64,000 bases of DNA, taken from contig DAOPZY010000007.1 of the NCBI GenBank assembly GCA_035353615.1, positions 20,373 through 84,372 on the forward strand, read 5' to 3'. The notes under the pieces are model-generated. The model was not told the origin of the DNA. It was given only the letters and a program-made list of their open reading frames with translations, and did not search any database. The DNA comes from Candidatus Limiplasma sp. (lineage in GTDB: Bacteria; Bacillota; Clostridia; Christensenellales; Aristaeellaceae). Position 1 is the stretch's first letter. Each line of letters starts with the position of its first letter. This document shows positions 44,861 through 54,213 of this stretch, piece by piece. The translations under genes and the position numbers were made by a program.

Positions 44861-45685
44861 TTACAGCTTTTGCAGCCGTTTCACGGCGTGATAGGTCGGA
44901 TCGTCGAAATCCCGGACAGGGGCTTCGCCGCCCAGCCGCTCGATCGCGTTGCGAATTTCGATAAAATCAATGTAGGATAGCCCTTCGGCCTCCGCCATGT
45001 CCATCAGCGGCGCAAGGGCGCGGTCGTCCTCCATTTTGCCCAGATAGCCGGCGTACAGCGCCCGCTTTTCCGGCACAGCCTGAAACTGGCGCAGGGCAAA
45101 CGCGAGCGCGTCCTCGTCGCAGGGTAAAAAATCGGCCAGCACGTCCAAAAGCGCCTCCTTGCCGGCGTCATCGGCGGCGACAAAGGCGATCTTTGCCGGG
45201 CGGCGCACCTCCTCGCCCATGCTGCGCAGGCTTTCCAGCGCGTTATCCAGCAAATCTTCATCCTGTGCGCGCTCCACCTGCCAGCGGATGTAATCCACCA
45301 TTGGCGCGCGGCTGTCCAGCTGCCTAAGCATGTCCACGGCGTGCATGCGCGCCTCGCAGGGCGCGGCTTCGTCACGCAGGAGCGCCAGAATGGGCGCTTC
45401 GTTGTTCAACTCCTCCAGCCGGTCCAGCAGCAGGTCGGGAATGGGCGTATCGCTGTTGGCATAGGCAAGCAGCCAGTCCGTCAGCATCTTCGCATCGTCA
45501 AACCGGGCGAAATAATCGATCGGCGCAACGCCGCCAAGCCAATCGGCCGGCGTTTCCAGCCATGTCTGGTACGCCTCCGGCGCGGCGTCCTCCATAGCTT
45601 CGGCATTTTTAAACCTGGCGCGGTTTGCTTCGATCCACTCGCTCAGGGTCTGGCTGAAATGGGCGTCGAAATCGATCAGTTCCAT
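44861..45685 (-). CDS. Hypothetical all-helical protein
   Basis: 274 aa, acidic, with a helical-repeat-like composition and no motif I recognise. It lies 45 nt downstream of the TPR gene on the same strand. Confidence 0.5.
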   Translation of the reverse strand: MELIDFDAHFSQTLSEWIEANRARFKNAEAMEDAAPEAYQTWLETPADWLGGVAPIDYFARFDDAKMLTDWLLAYANSDTPIPDLLLDRLEELNNEAPILALLRDEAAPCEARMHAVDMLRQLDSRAPMVDYIRWQVERAQDEDLLDNALESLRSMGEEVRRPAKIAFVAADDAGKEALLDVLADFLPCDEDALAFALRQFQAVPEKRALYAGYLGKMEDDRALAPLMDMAEAEGLSYIDFIEIRNAIERLGGEAPVRDFDDPTYHAVKRLQKL

Positions 45686-45730
45686 ATAAGGGGGTCCCTC
45701 CTTCTCAGATGCGCCCGCCGTGACGGGCAG

Positions 45731-47440
45731 TCAGTTACCGCGGTTCGGGGGCAGAGGCACCAGTTTGCACATCATGTGAAACGCCGCGCGCACCCGCCGG
45801 CGCGTGTCCGCCGCGTACCGCAGCAGGCCCTTGAGGCGTTGATTGTCCGGCAGTTGATAGGTGATGAGGTAATGTTGCTCCAGCGCGGCCCGGAAAACGC
45901 CGTCGGCATCGCGCACCACGCCAAGCCGCCTGCGCGCGCCCATGCGGCACAGGATGTGCAGCGCGTGCGTCATCAGGCGAAAATCACCGGTTTTCCGTTG
46001 AATATCCGCCATGCGGCGGATCAGCATCAAGCGGGAAAAGCTCACGCCATGCCGGTTGTGCACCGAAGGATCAATCTCGGCAATCCGCCCAGCGTGCCAC
46101 ACCACAAACGGCGGGTTTGCCCCAATGCGGATCAGGGACATCGCGGCAAACCGCTTCACGCTGTCACCCTGCGTGGGCTGCACAAGCACCTCCCGCAGCA
46201 GGCGCTCGGCAAATTCGCGCGGCAGGTTGGCCGCCAGCATGGGAATCAGCCGTTCCACCTGATGCTCCGGATTGCCCAGCTCGTACAAAAGCACCCCGTA
46301 CAGGCTATCGTCCGCCTGCAAACGCTCGCAGAAGGCTTCCACGCCTTCGTTCAGGGCCTGCGCAAGCTGAGCGAGGCAATCATTGCTGGCCGCCGGGGAA
46401 AGCAGCGGATAAAACGGGACTGCCTTGGCGACGGTGGCCGCCTGTTTTCCGTCCAGCCCCAGGGCGCGCCATTGCTCCATCATACGCGCCGTGAGGCGGG
46501 CGGGCACATCCGTCGGGTCCAGATCGCGGCACTGGTGGATCAGCGGCTCCGCGGCGTCCATCCGCCCCAGCTTCAGCATGGCCACGCAGGCGTTATACAC
46601 CGCCGGCAGCCGGTCCGGGCTTACCTTGAGCGAACGCCGAAGCACGCAAAGCGCAAGCTCGGGAAACCCAAGGCTTACGGCGGAATAGCAAAACAGCTGT
46701 TCATCCTGCGCGGTTTCGCAACGTAGCGCGGCCGCCAGCAAAGCGGACGCGCCTCTGGCGCGCCTGCCGGCCATGCAGTACGCCCCGGCCAGCGTGCAGC
46801 GGGCGCGGGCGCTCATGGGGTTACGGCGGCAGGCGCGGGTCGCGCTTTTCATGGCCGCCGCTTCCTCGCCCCTGGCCTGGTACAGCAGCGCCCAGAGCGA
46901 ATCGTACCGGTCATCCGCGTTACGGGTTGGCCCCGCGCGCCTGAGCGCGCGCTCCACCCCGGCAAATTCGCCGCTCGCAAGGCGACGGCTCGCAATTTCC
47001 AATTGGGTTTCATGCCTGGCCCGCAAATGGAGCGGATCGGCTTCAAACGCTTCCAGCTGGTCCAGTTCTTCGTCAAATTCCGAAACCCCGCCGGATTTCT
47101 TCACTGCCCACAGGTAGCGGGAAAACGCGTCCATCGCCTCCTGCTCATACCCCAAGGCCAGCATGTTGCGCCCAATCAGGCCGTAGCAGGCATAGCGGCG
47201 GGGGTCCAGCGTAAGCGCGCCAAACGCCGCGCGGTTGCTGGCTTCGTAGCATTCCATCTCCTGAAGGGTGCGGGCGTATTCCAGCCGCAGATCGCTGTCC
47301 GTGGGGGCAAGGGCAACCGCGTGCCGAAGCAGCGCCGCCGCGCGGCGGCGGTTGCCTTCCCGGTGATGGCGAGCCGCGCGCCCCACCCAATAAGCGCTGG
47401 GGCGCTGCAATTTAAACACTTCTCCGATTTTTTCACTCAT
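45731..47440 (-). CDS. TPR-repeat protein
   Basis: 569 aa from ATG 47440 (RBS AAGGAGAAAG). It has repeated A/L/Y-rich 34-residue-like helical pairs in the N-terminal half. Confidence 0.6.
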   Translation of the reverse strand: MSEKIGEVFKLQRPSAYWVGRAARHHREGNRRRAAALLRHAVALAPTDSDLRLEYARTLQEMECYEASNRAAFGALTLDPRRYACYGLIGRNMLALGYEQEAMDAFSRYLWAVKKSGGVSEFDEELDQLEAFEADPLHLRARHETQLEIASRRLASGEFAGVERALRRAGPTRNADDRYDSLWALLYQARGEEAAAMKSATRACRRNPMSARARCTLAGAYCMAGRRARGASALLAAALRCETAQDEQLFCYSAVSLGFPELALCVLRRSLKVSPDRLPAVYNACVAMLKLGRMDAAEPLIHQCRDLDPTDVPARLTARMMEQWRALGLDGKQAATVAKAVPFYPLLSPAASNDCLAQLAQALNEGVEAFCERLQADDSLYGVLLYELGNPEHQVERLIPMLAANLPREFAERLLREVLVQPTQGDSVKRFAAMSLIRIGANPPFVVWHAGRIAEIDPSVHNRHGVSFSRLMLIRRMADIQRKTGDFRLMTHALHILCRMGARRRLGVVRDADGVFRAALEQHYLITYQLPDNQRLKGLLRYAADTRRRVRAAFHMMCKLVPLPPNRGN

Positions 47441-47711
47441 TGCTTTCTCCTTGGCAGAACGGGTTTCGCGCGGCAACGCAATTTCGGCTCAGCGCGCGCG
47501 GCATCGACGTTTCAGTCCAGCGCGCCGTTTCAGCCTCGCCCCTGAAAAACAGTGATCTTACGCTGAATATGGAAAGGGTTATCGCCTTGTCCGCCCCAAC
47601 CGCAAACGGCAAGGCGTAAAACGGCGCCGGCATTTTACGCCAAGCGGATGCGATGGCCAGGCCGTGATCTGGCAAGGACTTGCCTGTCGCGGGTTTCGGG
47701 GCCGCCTGCTT

Positions 47712-48590
47712 TCAGTGAATCCGGTTGAGCAAGCGCAACAGATCCTGCGTGGAAAACGAATACTTCGTGTTGCAAAAATGGCACACCAGCTCCGCGCCGT
47801 TCACATCGTCGGCGATCATCGTTTTCAGTTCCTCTTCGCCCAGCGAAATCAGCGCTTGTTCCATACGGGAACGGGAACAGTGGCAACGGTAGGCCAGCGG
47901 CCGGGTTTCCAGCGCAACAGGGGTAAGGCCGTTAAACCATAGCCCCAGCAGCGATTCCAACGGCTCGTGCTGCAATTCCGCAGCGATATCGCCAAAGATG
48001 GGGGAACGAAGCTCCAGCTCGTCCACCACGGCGTCCGGGCAACCCGGCATGGGTTGCAGCAGCAGGCCGCCCGCGGAGCCCACGTCCGTATCGGACGCGA
48101 TTACGCCGAGGCTCACCAGCGAGGGGCTTTGCTCGCTTTGCACATAATACCATGCCAGATCGGCCGCGATTTCTCCGGTTTGCAATTCAATCTGCCCAAT
48201 GTAGGGGTTTTTCAGGCGCAAATCCTTCACGACCCCAAGACGGCCTTTCCGGCCCACAGCGCGGCCCACGTCCAGCTTGCCGTTGCGCAGCGGCAGGCTG
48301 ACCGCCCCGTTCATCACCATACCGCGGACGCTTTCGCCATCCCCGACGCATAAAATTTTGCCCAGCGGGCCGTCCCCATCCACGGTGAGCGTCACGGAGG
48401 AACCCGGCTCCTTCAGCGTGGCCGCGAGCATCGCGGTCGCGGTAAGCGAGCGGCCGAGCGCGGCTGTGGCCACGGCGCTCAGGCTGTGCAGGCGTTGCGC
48501 CTCGCGTGTTGTTTGCGTGCTTTGGATCAAAAGCCCGCGCACCGCGCCGTCCGACAGGGTAAAATGAATCGTTCGGTCTTGGTTTTCCAT
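47712..48590 (-). CDS. hslO: Redox-regulated chaperone Hsp33
   Basis: 292 aa with an Hsp33-like N-terminal domain and the C-terminal zinc centre CHCS...CHFC. Confidence 0.92.
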   Translation of the reverse strand: MENQDRTIHFTLSDGAVRGLLIQSTQTTREAQRLHSLSAVATAALGRSLTATAMLAATLKEPGSSVTLTVDGDGPLGKILCVGDGESVRGMVMNGAVSLPLRNGKLDVGRAVGRKGRLGVVKDLRLKNPYIGQIELQTGEIAADLAWYYVQSEQSPSLVSLGVIASDTDVGSAGGLLLQPMPGCPDAVVDELELRSPIFGDIAAELQHEPLESLLGLWFNGLTPVALETRPLAYRCHCSRSRMEQALISLGEEELKTMIADDVNGAELVCHFCNTKYSFSTQDLLRLLNRIH

Positions 48591-48662
48591 GATTTCTCCT
48601 TTAACACTGGGCTTAGGTTCGGGTAACAGGGCGCGCGCGGGTCGGCCGCCCTCTCCGCCGCG

Positions 48663-49430
48663 TCATTCTGCCGGGTCGGCATCCTGCGGCACGGGTTTCC
48701 GGGCGGCGATATGCCAGCGCTGCTCGCTGGGCGCGGGCGGGGCGAACGTGCCGTCCCCAAAGATGCGGATATCCGCAAAGCCCGCCCGGGTTAAAAGCGT
48801 CTCAAAGGTTTCGATGCTGTAACCGTACTGCGTTTGCTGTTCGCTGATGCGCTGGTAGGTTTCCCCTTCCTGCCGGGTAAAAATGGAAAGGGCCATTTCC
48901 ACGCTGGTGTTTTCAGGGTTGAACGCGTTCTTCCACAGATAGGCGATATCGGCGGTTTCATCGCCCACAAAATTGTCGCCAAGCACGCACTCCATCTTGT
49001 ACGGGGTGCTCACGTCGAAAATCAGCGCCCCGCCGGGCCGGATGGCCGCAAACGCCGCGCAGAAGAACGCCAGCACATCCTCGGGGGAAGGCAGATAATT
49101 GATCCCGTCGCAGGTGCAAAGCACCCCGTCCATCTGGCGGTGCAGCCGAAGGCTGCGCATATCCTGCCGCACAAAGGGGATCATCGCGCCTTCGCGGCGC
49201 GCTTTCTGGCTGGCTTCAAAAAGCATCTCCTCTGAAATATCCACGCCGGTCATCTGATACCCCATCGCCGCCAGCGGAAGGGTCAGCCCGCCGGTGCCGC
49301 AGGCGCATTCACACAGTTTTCCGGAGCGCAGGCCATACAACGAAAGCAGGGTCTGATAAAAACCCGCCCACGCCTGATAGTCCACATCGGCCATCAGCCG
49401 ATCATAGACGGATGCGAAGGCTGTATACAA
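48663..49430 (-). CDS. Class I SAM-dependent methyltransferase
   Basis: SAM motif I CECACGTGGLT. The likely TTG start at 49430 (GAGGTG 6 nt upstream) gives the N-terminus (M)YTAFASVYDRLM typical of this family. The track ATG at 49544 adds an unsupported extension. Confidence 0.8.
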   Translation of the reverse strand: MYTAFASVYDRLMADVDYQAWAGFYQTLLSLYGLRSGKLCECACGTGGLTLPLAAMGYQMTGVDISEEMLFEASQKARREGAMIPFVRQDMRSLRLHRQMDGVLCTCDGINYLPSPEDVLAFFCAAFAAIRPGGALIFDVSTPYKMECVLGDNFVGDETADIAYLWKNAFNPENTSVEMALSIFTRQEGETYQRISEQQTQYGYSIETFETLLTRAGFADIRIFGDGTFAPPAPSEQRWHIAARKPVPQDADPAE

Positions 49431-49636
49431 AAGCGTCACCTCAAAATCAACATACTGTGCCCACGCACGCAAGAACCCACCCGCCGCAGGGCTTTTCAGC
49501 GCGCCGACGTAAGCCGCAAAGGGCCGGCAGGCGCGCGGAAACACCCTGGAAGGCGTGTGGGAAAGCCGGGGGTTCGCGCCGCCGCTCAGGGCGCGCGGGT
49601 GGCCGGGCCAGCCTCCGCAACAGAGGTTGCCGCGCC

Positions 49637-49744
49637 GTTACGGTTCGGTCGGGTTAATCTTCGCGGCTGGGATTCCCGCAAAGTTACGGTTCGGTCGGGT
49701 AAAGCGCTTTAGCGGGGTTGCCGCGCCGTTACGGTTCGGTCGGG
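49637..49744. repeat. Three direct copies of a 17-nt motif, the last forming the 3' end of the DUF624-like gene
   Basis: gttacggttcggtcggg occurs at 49637, 49683 and 49728. Copies 1 and 3 extend to gttgccgcgccgttacggttcggtcggg. Copy 3 encodes ...PTEP-stop on the - strand. Confidence 0.8.
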
Positions 49745-50730
49745 GGGTTGGAGCCGTCGGCGTCCTCCCCGTCCTCGTCGTCGTCCTCCTCCACGTACAG
49801 GCCGCGGTTCACCTGCGCGCCTTCGATCTTCACGTTAATGTACTTGTCAAACACGGCGTTGGTAAAGCTTGCGCCCACAAAACGGCTGAGCGCGAAACCG
49901 AGCGCGGCGTAGTAGAGCAGGCAAATCAGCACCGCCCATTGCAGGTACGGCGTAAGCACGCTGACCACGGCGGCGATCACCACCGGCAACACCGACAGCA
50001 GCTTGAACCCAAGCGTGCCCGGCAGGCGGCCAATGGTCAACAGGATGCTGTTGCGCAACACATCGCGGTATTTCAGCTGGTAGGTAACGATCAACGGATA
50101 GGTATACAGCAGGCTCATCATCCACAGCGCGCCCAGCGTCAACGTCAGCACCTGCGGAATCAGGAACAGCGCATTGGTGGAGGCGAACTCGCCGTAAAAC
50201 ATCCAGCACACATACACCACCATCGGGATCAGACCCGTGATGGCGCTGGTGGCCAACGCCTGTTTCCAGTTGTCCCGCACAGCGTCCTTAAAATCACTCC
50301 AGATAAAGGCATGCTCGTCGCGCGCCCAGTTGCGGGTAATCAGGCTCAGCCCGGCGGTAAACGGCCCGGTAATCGCAAGGCAGGGGATCAGGTACAGAAG
50401 GCAGCGCAGGATAATCGCCTTCACCGCGTCCGAAAAGAGCGCCTGCTGGGTGGCAAACGCCGCGGCGGTCAACGTGCCCGCATCCACTTGGGCCTGCAAA
50501 TCCACCAGCCCGGACATCACGGAATAAAACACCATCACATGGTACGCGATCACCGCCATGGTGGGTATCCAAACCAGCATGTAAATCAGGTTCAGCCGCA
50601 CCAGACCGCTGAAACGCGCGCGCAGCATTTCCCGGAACAGCTGCATTCGGGTGCTTGGCAAATCCTCCTTGGTGTAATCGCCTTTGCCGCTTTTACCGTA
50701 GAAATAATTATTCATGAACTTTCCAAACAT
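49729..50730 (-). CDS. DUF624/YesL-like membrane protein with acidic C-terminal tail
   Basis: 333 aa from ATG 50730 (RBS GAGGAGG), with about 6 TM helices and a C-terminal VEEDDDEDGEDADG tail. Confidence 0.55.
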   Translation of the reverse strand: MFGKFMNNYFYGKSGKGDYTKEDLPSTRMQLFREMLRARFSGLVRLNLIYMLVWIPTMAVIAYHVMVFYSVMSGLVDLQAQVDAGTLTAAAFATQQALFSDAVKAIILRCLLYLIPCLAITGPFTAGLSLITRNWARDEHAFIWSDFKDAVRDNWKQALATSAITGLIPMVVYVCWMFYGEFASTNALFLIPQVLTLTLGALWMMSLLYTYPLIVTYQLKYRDVLRNSILLTIGRLPGTLGFKLLSVLPVVIAAVVSVLTPYLQWAVLICLLYYAALGFALSRFVGASFTNAVFDKYINVKIEGAQVNRGLYVEEDDDEDGEDADGSNPPTEP

Positions 50731-50907
50731 CGGGTTTCCTCCTCTGCGCAGCCTGTCCGGCAGCGCGGGGCCGCGGCACAAGGCGCGATACGGCCCTGCA
50801 AAATACGCGCGCAACCGTCGGCTTATTATACCACAACTATGCTGCTTTGCCACCACCCACGGCGGGGCGGGGCTTTCCACACCTGTAAAATTACGCGCGC
50901 CGGGCGG

Positions 50908-51795
50908 TCAGCGCCGCCGCTGGCTAATCATCAGCCCGATCAGCGTCAGCGCCGCGCCCACGATCGCCAGCGGGTGGATGGGATCGTTCAGGATGAGCTT
51001 AGCAAAAAAGATGGTCACCGCAGGCGTCAGATAGATGTACGCGCTGGTCCGAATCGGCCCGATCAGCCGCACCGCCGTGTTCCATGTCACAAAGCAAAGC
51101 GCGCTGGCGATCAGCGCCAGAAACAGCACGCTTATCAGCGTATTGGGGTTGAGCACATCGGCAAGCTCGATATGGTAACCCATCAGCGGCGCGAGCGGCA
51201 CAATAAACAAAAGCCCGTAAAGAAAAATGCGCCGCGTCACCAGCAGGGTATTGTACCCGTACCCTTCCAGTTTGCGAATAAACACCGAGTAGAATGCCCA
51301 CGAAACCGCCGCCAAAATGCAAAGCCCATCGCCCAGCGGGTTCAGCTTCAGGCTTTGCCCGGCGAAGGATACCAGACACACGCCCGCCATGGCTACCGCA
51401 AACCCCCAGAAAAACGAGCGGCTCAGCTTGGCTTCATTTAAAAACAGCCGGCTGGCGATCGCCACAAAAAAAGGCGCGGTGGAAATAATGACGCTGCAGT
51501 TGGAGGAATAGGTGTACGTGAGCGCCAGATTTTCGAACAGAAAATACAGCGTAACCCCGGACAGCCCCGCGCCCAGCAGATACCATTCGTGCCTGCGATC
51601 CACCAGTTTCAGCGGGCGCGGGTTTACCGCCAGCAGCACCAAAATGGCAATCGCCATGCGCAGGCTGAGCAGCTCGAGCGGGGAAAGCGTGCGAAGCGCC
51701 ACTGTGGACGCGATAAACGTGGCGCCCCACACCAGAATGGTGCCAAACGCCAGCGCGTGCCCGCGCCCCGCGTCCGATAAGCTTTGCCTTTCCAT
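50908..51795 (-). CDS. EamA/DMT-family transporter
   Basis: About 295 aa with ten hydrophobic helices in two EamA-like halves. The start is uncertain (51795, 51825 or 51843). Confidence 0.8.
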   Translation of the reverse strand: MERQSLSDAGRGHALAFGTILVWGATFIASTVALRTLSPLELLSLRMAIAILVLLAVNPRPLKLVDRRHEWYLLGAGLSGVTLYFLFENLALTYTYSSNCSVIISTAPFFVAIASRLFLNEAKLSRSFFWGFAVAMAGVCLVSFAGQSLKLNPLGDGLCILAAVSWAFYSVFIRKLEGYGYNTLLVTRRIFLYGLLFIVPLAPLMGYHIELADVLNPNTLISVLFLALIASALCFVTWNTAVRLIGPIRTSAYIYLTPAVTIFFAKLILNDPIHPLAIVGAALTLIGLMISQRRR

Positions 51796-51927
51796 GCCGG
51801 CCAACACCCCTTTCCCGCTGCGCATATGCAAGGATGATACCACGCCCCGGGAGGTTGCGCAAGCGAAACGTCACGCGGGCAAAGCCCCACGCCGTCGGTT
51901 CAGGCCGCCCTGAGGCCCGGCGTGCCC

Positions 51928-52827
51928 CTAATCCAGCTCAACCGAATCGGAAACGTAGCAGTCAAACCCCTTCTGCCGGCAGTACGCCTGGATTTCAGCA
52001 ATCAGCTTCGCATTTTTGGTGTATTCCAGCAGGTATACCTTCCCGCCCAACGCGGCGACCCGCTCCACATAGGCGGTAAAATACGCGTGATCCTCCTTGC
52101 CGGCGCGGGAAAACGTGCCTTTGTCAAAGTGGATCGCGCTGAAAACCGTTTCCTGATTCACCCCCGTCATGATATCCGCAATGCCGCCGTACCGGCGGGC
52201 ATATTCATCCACATACACGTCGCCGCCGTTGATAATCACGGCTTTTCCGGTGTCCACAAGAGCGCGGAGCACCGCCGACAGGCCGTTAAAAACAGCCTCC
52301 GTGGGGTACAGGGCATACACGTCGCAATTGTCAATGAAAAAGCCGTCCACTCCGAGTTCCAGATCCGTTTTGGCCAGCGTGTCCGTCAGGAAGGTCTGCC
52401 ATGCCACGCTGGACACATCCATCCACCGCTCCTCCTCCCAGTGCTCGTAGGGGGCGAGCGTGTCGTTCACAAACCGGTCGTAATACGGGCGAAAGCTTTC
52501 CAGCGAGCCTACATTCAGGTAGGTGAACACCGTATGCCCCGCGCGGTGCAGGGCAGCAATATCCTTCGCGGTAAAATAGGCCGCGTCGATCACCACAGTT
52601 TGGTAGGGGGCGAAGCGTTCCGCCTGCGACGCGTCGCAGCTTAAAAACACGCCGTAGGCATGGGCAAACGAGGCAGGCGCGGGGGTACCGGCCGGCATAA
52701 CCGTCGCGGCGGGCGCAGCCGCAGCGGCGGGCAATGCGCTCGCGGCCCGCGCCCCCGGCGCGCACCCCGCAAACCATAACAGGCAGAGAAGCGCCGCCAA
52801 CCAACGCGTCAACCGGTATGGATTCAT
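51928..52827 (-). CDS. Lipoprotein, GH114-like (endo-alpha-1,4-polygalactosaminidase family) glycoside hydrolase
   Basis: 299 aa from ATG 52827 (RBS GGAGGG). It has the lipobox LWFAG-C. HWEEERWMDVSS and GVDGFFIDNCDVY resemble GH114 core motifs. The track extension to 53283 runs through noncoding repeats. Confidence 0.6.
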   Translation of the reverse strand: MNPYRLTRWLAALLCLLWFAGCAPGARAASALPAAAAAPAATVMPAGTPAPASFAHAYGVFLSCDASQAERFAPYQTVVIDAAYFTAKDIAALHRAGHTVFTYLNVGSLESFRPYYDRFVNDTLAPYEHWEEERWMDVSSVAWQTFLTDTLAKTDLELGVDGFFIDNCDVYALYPTEAVFNGLSAVLRALVDTGKAVIINGGDVYVDEYARRYGGIADIMTGVNQETVFSAIHFDKGTFSRAGKEDHAYFTAYVERVAALGGKVYLLEYTKNAKLIAEIQAYCRQKGFDCYVSDSVELD

Positions 52828-52902
52828 ACGCCTTTCCCTCCTGCCAATTAGGCTTTCTCGCAAGTGAACCGCCAAGCGGGTTTGCGGCCATGAAATAAAC
52901 AG

Positions 52903-53155
52903 TTTGCGCTTCCCGCACCCAAGCGCGGCTATGCGCGCTACCCCGCGCCTGATAACCCCCGGGCCGGTTACAGCTGTGGACTGCGCGGTTTGCGCTTCCC
53001 GCGCCCAAACGCGGTTATGCGCGCTACCCCGCGCCTGATAACCCCCGGGCCGGTTTACGGCTTTGGGCTGCGCAAGTTGAGCCTCCCGCACCCAAGCGCG
53101 GCCACTTTGCGGCGTGCCCCCCGCTCCACGGGCTTTCATACCGCCACGCGGTTTA
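52903..53155. repeat. Tandem repeat, ~86-bp unit, two good copies plus one diverged
   Basis: gtttgcgcttcccgcRcccaaRcgcggYtatgcgcgctaccccgcgcctgataacccccgggccggtt occurs at 52903 and 52988. A diverged third unit starts at about 53076. Confidence 0.8.
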
Positions 53156-53188
53156 ACCCATCCCCTTGGATCAACGCCGAGCGCCCAA

Positions 53189-53224
53189 GGCGCAACCGGC
53201 GCAACCGGCGCAACCGGCGCAAGC
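53189..53224. repeat. 9-bp microsatellite (cgcaaccgg x3 plus partial)
   Basis: ggcgcaaccggcgcaaccggcgcaaccggcgcaagc read directly. Confidence 0.85.
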
Positions 53225-53265
53225 TGAGCAAGCCACGCCGAAAAACCCGACGGCGAGCCATAGCA

Positions 53266-53299
53266 AACGCCCGCCTGAACCAACCGGCAGGCGGGCGTT
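53266..53299 (-). terminator. Terminator after pgsA
   Basis: 12-bp stem aacgcccgcctg / caggcgggcgtt with a 10-nt loop. On the - strand it is followed by TTTGCT. Confidence 0.6.
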
Positions 53300-53349
53300 A
53301 AACGGAAACGGTTGAGGCATGCCGGAGCCCCGGCCGGCCCGGCGCCGGT

Positions 53350-53955
53350 TCAGGGGTTCGCCCCCGAACGGTTGAGCTTGCGGATGGAATCCGCCACATA
53401 AAACCCCAATGCGCACAGCGTGCACACGACCGCCGTCCACAGCAGGATCAGGTCGGGCGTCATGGGCCAGCCGCTAAACCGAGCCGCCAGCCAATCATGG
53501 AAGAACGTGGCCGTAAGCCCGGCGATAAACAGGCAGTGCGCCGCTTTTCCAATAAAGTAGGAATACACCACAATGTTGCGCCTGAGCATCAGCAGCCCGC
53601 CCAGCATCAACAAAAACTCCTTGCCCAGCAAAATGCACACCGCCGCCCACGGAACCACCGGCGGGATGGCGGCGTTGCCAATCGCCATGGAAAACATCAC
53701 GGTCAGGATCATCAGCTTATCGGCCAGAGGATCCAGCAGCTTGCCAAGATTGGTGATCTGGTGGTACATCCGGGCAATCAGCCCATCCAGCAAATCGGTA
53801 AGCGAAGCGGCTAAGAAGATGATCAGCGCCGGATATTTCATCCCGTTGGAAAACAGGATCAGGTACAAAGGGATCATCAGCATGCGTATGAGCGTTAACG
53901 TGTTTGGCACGTTGAAGTTCTGCTTGAAGTATTCTTTCAGGGTGACCCTCATCAA
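53350..53955 (-). CDS. pgsA: CDP-diacylglycerol-glycerol-3-phosphate 3-phosphatidyltransferase
   Basis: 201 aa with the CDP-alcohol phosphatidyltransferase motif DLLDGLIAR...GKLLDPLADK, NTLTLIRM at the N-terminus and 4-5 TM helices. Confidence 0.85.
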   Translation of the reverse strand: MMRVTLKEYFKQNFNVPNTLTLIRMLMIPLYLILFSNGMKYPALIIFLAASLTDLLDGLIARMYHQITNLGKLLDPLADKLMILTVMFSMAIGNAAIPPVVPWAAVCILLGKEFLLMLGGLLMLRRNIVVYSYFIGKAAHCLFIAGLTATFFHDWLAARFSGWPMTPDLILLWTAVVCTLCALGFYVADSIRKLNRSGANP

Positions 53956-54213
53956 CCCTTTCCTCCTCGCGTAAACGCCACCGTCAATAACGGTTCATTC
54001 AGTTTCGTAGCATGATTATACCATGCGCCGGCCACGGCCCGCAACTGCCATCCTGACCGTTTTGTGCAACATGCGCCCGTCGGCGCGCCGTTGCCCGGCG
54101 GGCCGGGCGCAACACAGCGGCGCGGGCTGGCCGTTCAGCTCGGGGCGGGCTGGCCCCAGCCTTCCGCTCTCCGTCCGCCGCGCGCGCGGTTCAACGCGAT
54201 TTGATACCACGCG

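Noticed and set aside
52828-53283. N-terminal extension of the GH114-like ORF (451-aa version); similar extensions on dapL (12570), racemase (27674), murB (38938), HD (44785), rseP (55353), dxr (56648) and pgm (62730)
   Set aside because: The extensions run through noncoding repeats or encode Arg/Pro-rich sequence and lack an RBS. Internal starts have GGAGG-type sites and give canonical family N-termini or signal peptides.
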